Part shown: positions 60,321-64,000 of the stretch, one piece after another | Layout: each line of letters opens with the position of its first letter | Numbering within the stretch: position 1 is the stretch's first letter | From: Escherichia coli | GTDB taxonomy: Bacteria > Pseudomonadota > Gammaproteobacteria > Enterobacterales > Enterobacteriaceae | DNA length: 64,000 nucleotides | Assembly: GCF_013315695.1 (NCBI RefSeq) | Contig: NZ_CP054353.1 | Direction: 5' to 3' (one strand) | Notes under the pieces: generated by a model | Databases searched by the model: none | What the model was told of the DNA's origin: nothing | What the model saw: only the letters and a program-made list of their open reading frames with translations | Made by a program: the position numbers and the translations under genes

Positions 60321-63194
60321 TTACTGGTATTCGCTAATCGGTACGCAGGAGCAGAACAGGTTACGGTCGCCGTAAACATCATCCAGACGTTTCACTGTTG
60401 GCCAGTATTTGTCTGCCACGCCTGCCGGGAATACTGCAACTTCACGGCTGTACGGATGCGCCCACTCGGCGACCAGTTCGCTCTGAATGTGTGGCGCGTT
60501 CACCAGCGGGTTATCTTCCAGCGGCCAGACACCGGCTTTCACCTGGTCGATTTCTGCGCGAATAGCCAGCATCGCGTCGATAAAGCGATCCAGTTCCACT
60601 TTGCTTTCGGATTCGGTCGGTTCAACCATCAGCGTACCCGCCACTGGGAATGACATGGTCGGCGCGTGGAAACCGTAGTCGATCAGACGCTTGGCAATAT
60701 CCAGTTCGCTGATGCCGGTTTCTTCTTTCAGCGGACGAATATCAAGAATACATTCGTGCGCCACGCGACCGTCGCGACCGGTATACAGCACCGGGAAAGC
60801 ATCCTGCAGGCGGCTGGCAATATAGTTGGCGTTAAGAATTGCCACCTGGCTTGCTTTTTTCAGCCCTTCTGCGCCCATCATGCGGATGTACATCCAGCTG
60901 ATTGGCAGAATGGATGCGCTACCGAACGGTGCCGCAGAAACCGCGCCCTGACGGGTTAACATGCCTTCGATTTGCACCACGCTATGACCCGGTACAAACG
61001 GAGCCAGATGCGCTTTCACGCCGATCGGTCCCATACCAGGGCCGCCGCCACCGTGCGGAATGCAGAAAGTTTTATGTAGGTTAAGGTGTGAAACGTCCGC
61101 ACCAATAAAGCCCGGCGAGGTGATGCCAACCTGGGCGTTCATGTTCGCGCCATCAAGGTAAACCTGACCGCCGAACTGATGCACGACTTCACACACTTCA
61201 CGGATCGTTTCTTCATACACGCCGTGGGTAGAAGGATAGGTCACCATGATACAGGAGAGGTTATCGCCCGCCTGTTCCGCTTTCGCGCGCAGATCAGCCA
61301 GATCGATGTTGCCGTTTTTATCACACGCCACAACCACCACCTGCATTCCTGCCATATGCGCGGAAGCCGGGTTAGTTCCGTGCGCAGAAGCCGGGATCAG
61401 GCAGATATCGCGATGCCCTTCGTTGCGGCTTTCATGATAATGACGAATCGCCAGCAGGCCCGCGTATTCGCCCTGTGCGCCGGAGTTCGGCTGCATACAA
61501 ACGGCGTCGTAACCGGTCAGTTTCACCAGCCAGTCAGCCAACTGCGCAATCATCTGCTGATAACCTTCGGCCTGTTCCGGCGGGCAGAACGGGTGCAGTT
61601 CGGCAAATTCCGGCCAGGTGATGGGGATCATCTCGGCGGCGGCGTTCAGTTTCATGGTGCAGGAACCCAGCGGGATCATCGCCTGATTCAGCGCCAGATC
61701 TTTACGCTCCAGCGAGTGCATATAGCGCATCATTTCGGTTTCGCTGTGGTAGCGATTAAACACCGGATGGGTGAGGATTTCGTCGTCGCGCAGCATCGCA
61801 GGCTGGATAGAGCGGCTGTCGTGAGCCACGTCTTTGTCCAGCGTGTCGATGTCCAGGCCGTGGTTATCCCCCAGCAGTACGCTGAAAAGCTGCATCACGT
61901 TTTCGCGCGTGGTGGTTTCATCAAGGGTGATCCCAACCGCGTTCAGGATATCGCTACGCAGGTTGATTTCAGCCGCTTCGGCACGCGCCAGTACGCCCGC
62001 CTTGTCTGCCACTTCCACACACAAAGTGTCGAAATAGTGCGCATGGCGCAGCTTCAGACCTTTTTGTTGCAGGCCCGCCGCCAGGATATCGGTCAGACGG
62101 TGAATGCGGTTAGCGATACGTTTCAGGCCAACCGGACCGTGATAAACGGCATACAGGCTAGCGATGTTTGCCAGCAGTACCTGGGAAGTACAAATGTTGG
62201 AGTTCGCTTTCTCACGGCGAATATGTTGCTCGCGAGTCTGCATTGCCATGCGCAGCGCGGTATTGCCAGCTGCATCTTTCGATACACCGATAATACGGCC
62301 CGGCATTGAGCGTTTGTATTCGTCTTTCGCCGCAAAGAATGCCGCGTGTGGGCCACCGTAGCCCATCGGCACGCCGAAGCGTTGCGCCGAACCAAAAACA
62401 ATATCCGCGCCCTGTTTACCCGGCGCAGTTAACAGCACCAGCGCCATAATATCGGCGGCGACACTGACCACAATTTTGCGTGATTTCAGTTCGCTAATAA
62501 GCGTGGTGTAGTCGTGAATTTCACCAGTAGTGCCGACCTGCTGTAACAGCACGCCGAAGACGTCCTGGTGGTCGAGCACTTTTTGCGCGTCATCGACAAT
62601 CACTTCAAAACCAAAGGTTTCAGCACGAGTACGGACCACATCGAGCGTTTGCGGATGAACGTCAGAAGCAACAAAGAAGCGGTTGGCATTTTTCAGTTTG
62701 CTGACGCGTTTAGCCATCGCCATTGCTTCGGCGGCAGCGGTGGCTTCGTCAAGAAGAGAAGCAGAGGCCATATCCAGCCCGGTTAAATCCAGCGTTACCT
62801 GCTGGAAGTTGAGCAGTGCTTCAAGGCGGCCCTGGGAGACTTCAGGTTGATACGGAGTATACGCGGTATACCAGCCCGGATTTTCCAGCATGTTACGCAG
62901 GATAACCGGCGGTAGCTGCACGGCGGTGTAACCCATGCCGATGTAAGACGTGAAGCGTTTATTGCGACTGGCAATAGCCTTGAGTTCTGCCAGTGCGGCG
63001 TATTCGGTCGCCGGTGCGCCAACCTGCGGTGGTGTCGCAAGCTGAATATCTTTCGGCACAATCTGGCCGGTCAGCGCGTTTAACGATTGTGCACCAACGG
63101 CATTCAGCATTTCTTGCTGTTGCGCGGCGTCCGGTCCGATATGGCGTTCAATAAAAGCGCCGCTGTTTTCAAGCTGGCTTAACGTCTGTGTCAT
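60321..63194 (-). CDS. gcvP: glycine dehydrogenase (decarboxylating), glycine cleavage P protein
   Basis: 957-aa ORF beginning [29 protein letters not shown]. Confidence 0.97.
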   Translation of the reverse strand: MTQTLSQLENSGAFIERHIGPDAAQQQEMLNAVGAQSLNALTGQIVPKDIQLATPPQVGAPATEYAALAELKAIASRNKRFTSYIGMGYTAVQLPPVILRNMLENPGWYTAYTPYQPEVSQGRLEALLNFQQVTLDLTGLDMASASLLDEATAAAEAMAMAKRVSKLKNANRFFVASDVHPQTLDVVRTRAETFGFEVIVDDAQKVLDHQDVFGVLLQQVGTTGEIHDYTTLISELKSRKIVVSVAADIMALVLLTAPGKQGADIVFGSAQRFGVPMGYGGPHAAFFAAKDEYKRSMPGRIIGVSKDAAGNTALRMAMQTREQHIRREKANSNICTSQVLLANIASLYAVYHGPVGLKRIANRIHRLTDILAAGLQQKGLKLRHAHYFDTLCVEVADKAGVLARAEAAEINLRSDILNAVGITLDETTTRENVMQLFSVLLGDNHGLDIDTLDKDVAHDSRSIQPAMLRDDEILTHPVFNRYHSETEMMRYMHSLERKDLALNQAMIPLGSCTMKLNAAAEMIPITWPEFAELHPFCPPEQAEGYQQMIAQLADWLVKLTGYDAVCMQPNSGAQGEYAGLLAIRHYHESRNEGHRDICLIPASAHGTNPASAHMAGMQVVVVACDKNGNIDLADLRAKAEQAGDNLSCIMVTYPSTHGVYEETIREVCEVVHQFGGQVYLDGANMNAQVGITSPGFIGADVSHLNLHKTFCIPHGGGGPGMGPIGVKAHLAPFVPGHSVVQIEGMLTRQGAVSAAPFGSASILPISWMYIRMMGAEGLKKASQVAILNANYIASRLQDAFPVLYTGRDGRVAHECILDIRPLKEETGISELDIAKRLIDYGFHAPTMSFPVAGTLMVEPTESESKVELDRFIDAMLAIRAEIDQVKAGVWPLEDNPLVNAPHIQSELVAEWAHPYSREVAVFPAGVADKYWPTVKRLDDVYGDRNLFCSCVPISEYQ

Positions 63195-63311
63195 GAGCGA
63201 TGGTTCCTGAAACGTGCAGTGAATTGTGAACCTCTCTCCTTGCGAAGAGAGTGAGGGTGAGGCGTAAATTTCCTCACCCTGATCCTCTCCCGCAGAAGAG
63301 GAATAAAGCCG

Positions 63312-63701
63312 TTACTCGTCTTCTAACAATGCTTCGTATGCGGTCGCATCCAGCAGTGATTCCAGTTCGCTTTCATCGCTGGCTTTGATTTTAAAGATCC
63401 AGCCGCCTGCATACGGTTCGCTGTTCACCAGTTCCGGGGAATCGCTCAGTGCGTCGTTTACCGCCACGATTTCACCGCTTACTGGCGCATAAATGTCTGA
63501 CGCCGCTTTTACCGATTCGGCAACCGCGCAGTCATCGCCCGCGCTAACCGTTGCGCCCACTTCCGGTAGGTCAACAAACACCATATCGCCTAACAGCTCC
63601 TGAGCGTGTTCGGTGATGCCAACGGTGTAAGTGCCGTCGGCTTCTTTACGCAGCCATTCGTGTTCTTTGCTGTATTTCAGTTCTGCTGGTACGTTGCTCA
63701 T
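63312..63701 (-). CDS. gcvH: glycine cleavage system H protein (lipoyl carrier)
   Basis: 129-aa [37 protein letters not shown]... with the lipoyl-lysine region. Confidence 0.95.
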
Positions 63702-63724
63702 CAATCAATCTCCAAAAAAGTAAA

Positions 63725-64000
63725 TCACGCGACGGCTTTGCCGTTACGCACAAAAACAGGTTTCGTCACTTTAACCGGCATTTCACGGTTGCGAATTTGC
63801 ACAATCGCTGTTTCACCAATACCTTCCGGCACGCGCGCCAGCGCAATGCTGTAACCCAGCGTCGGGGAGAAAGTCCCGCTGGTGATAATGCCTTCATGCT
63901 GGTTGCCCTGCGCATCAGTAAAACGTACCGGCAGTTCATTACGCAGCACGCCTTTTTCGGTCATCACCAGACCAACCAGTTTTTCTGTGCCATGCTCACG
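63725..64000 (-). CDS. gcvT: glycine cleavage system T protein (aminomethyltransferase), C-terminal part only (5-prime end beyond window)
   Basis: Minus-strand frame ending at 63725 and open to the window edge; located upstream of gcvH as in the gcvTHP operon. Confidence 0.9.

Noticed and set aside
61179-62309. 376-aa plus-strand ORF antisense to gcvP
   Set aside because: Fully contained within gcvP on the opposite strand; His/Arg-rich composition with no recognisable domain.

Overview
This window is an Escherichia coli chromosomal segment, syntenic with the K-12 recC-thyA ... gcvTHP region but clearly not K-12 MG1655 itself. Coordinates 1-27600 carry conserved core genes on both strands: recC (partial), ppdC-ygdB-ppdB-ppdA, thyA, lgt, ptsP, rppH, mutH, ygdQ, ygdR, tas, lplT, aas, the tandem sRNAs OmrA/OmrB, galR, lysA, lysR, ygeA, araE, kduD, kduI, yqeF, yqeG. 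Coordinates 27600-38650 are an AT-rich remnant of the ETT2 type III secretion island (yqeHIJK, ygeF pseudogene, ygeG, ygeH, ygeI, pbl, ygeK, OrgB/OrgA-like genes, eprK-eprJ-eprI), cut off by an IS1 copy. Two inverted IS1 copies (38658-39425 and 46587-47354) bracket a segment (3-prime fragment of ygeV, xdhCBA, ygeR, tRNA-Gly glyU, a GH15-like lipoprotein gene) that is inverted relative to the K-12 arrangement; only a 3-prime fragment of ygfU lies just outside the right-hand IS1. Coordinates 47355-64000 return to core genes: idi, lysS, prfB (programmed +1 frameshift), recJ, dsbC, xerD, fldB, ygfX, sdhE, ygfZ, yqfA, yqfB, bglA, gcvP, gcvH, gcvT (partial). The most notable points are an in-frame amber codon inside ptsP, the IS1-bounded inversion with associated gene truncations, and the decayed ETT2 island. 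I found no CRISPR array and no convincing evidence for a wholly new system; all calls rest on reading the sequence and recalled family knowledge, with no database search run. Note that the supplied ORF track appears to use alternative start codons (GTG/TTG), so several track starts are over-extended and I trimmed them.
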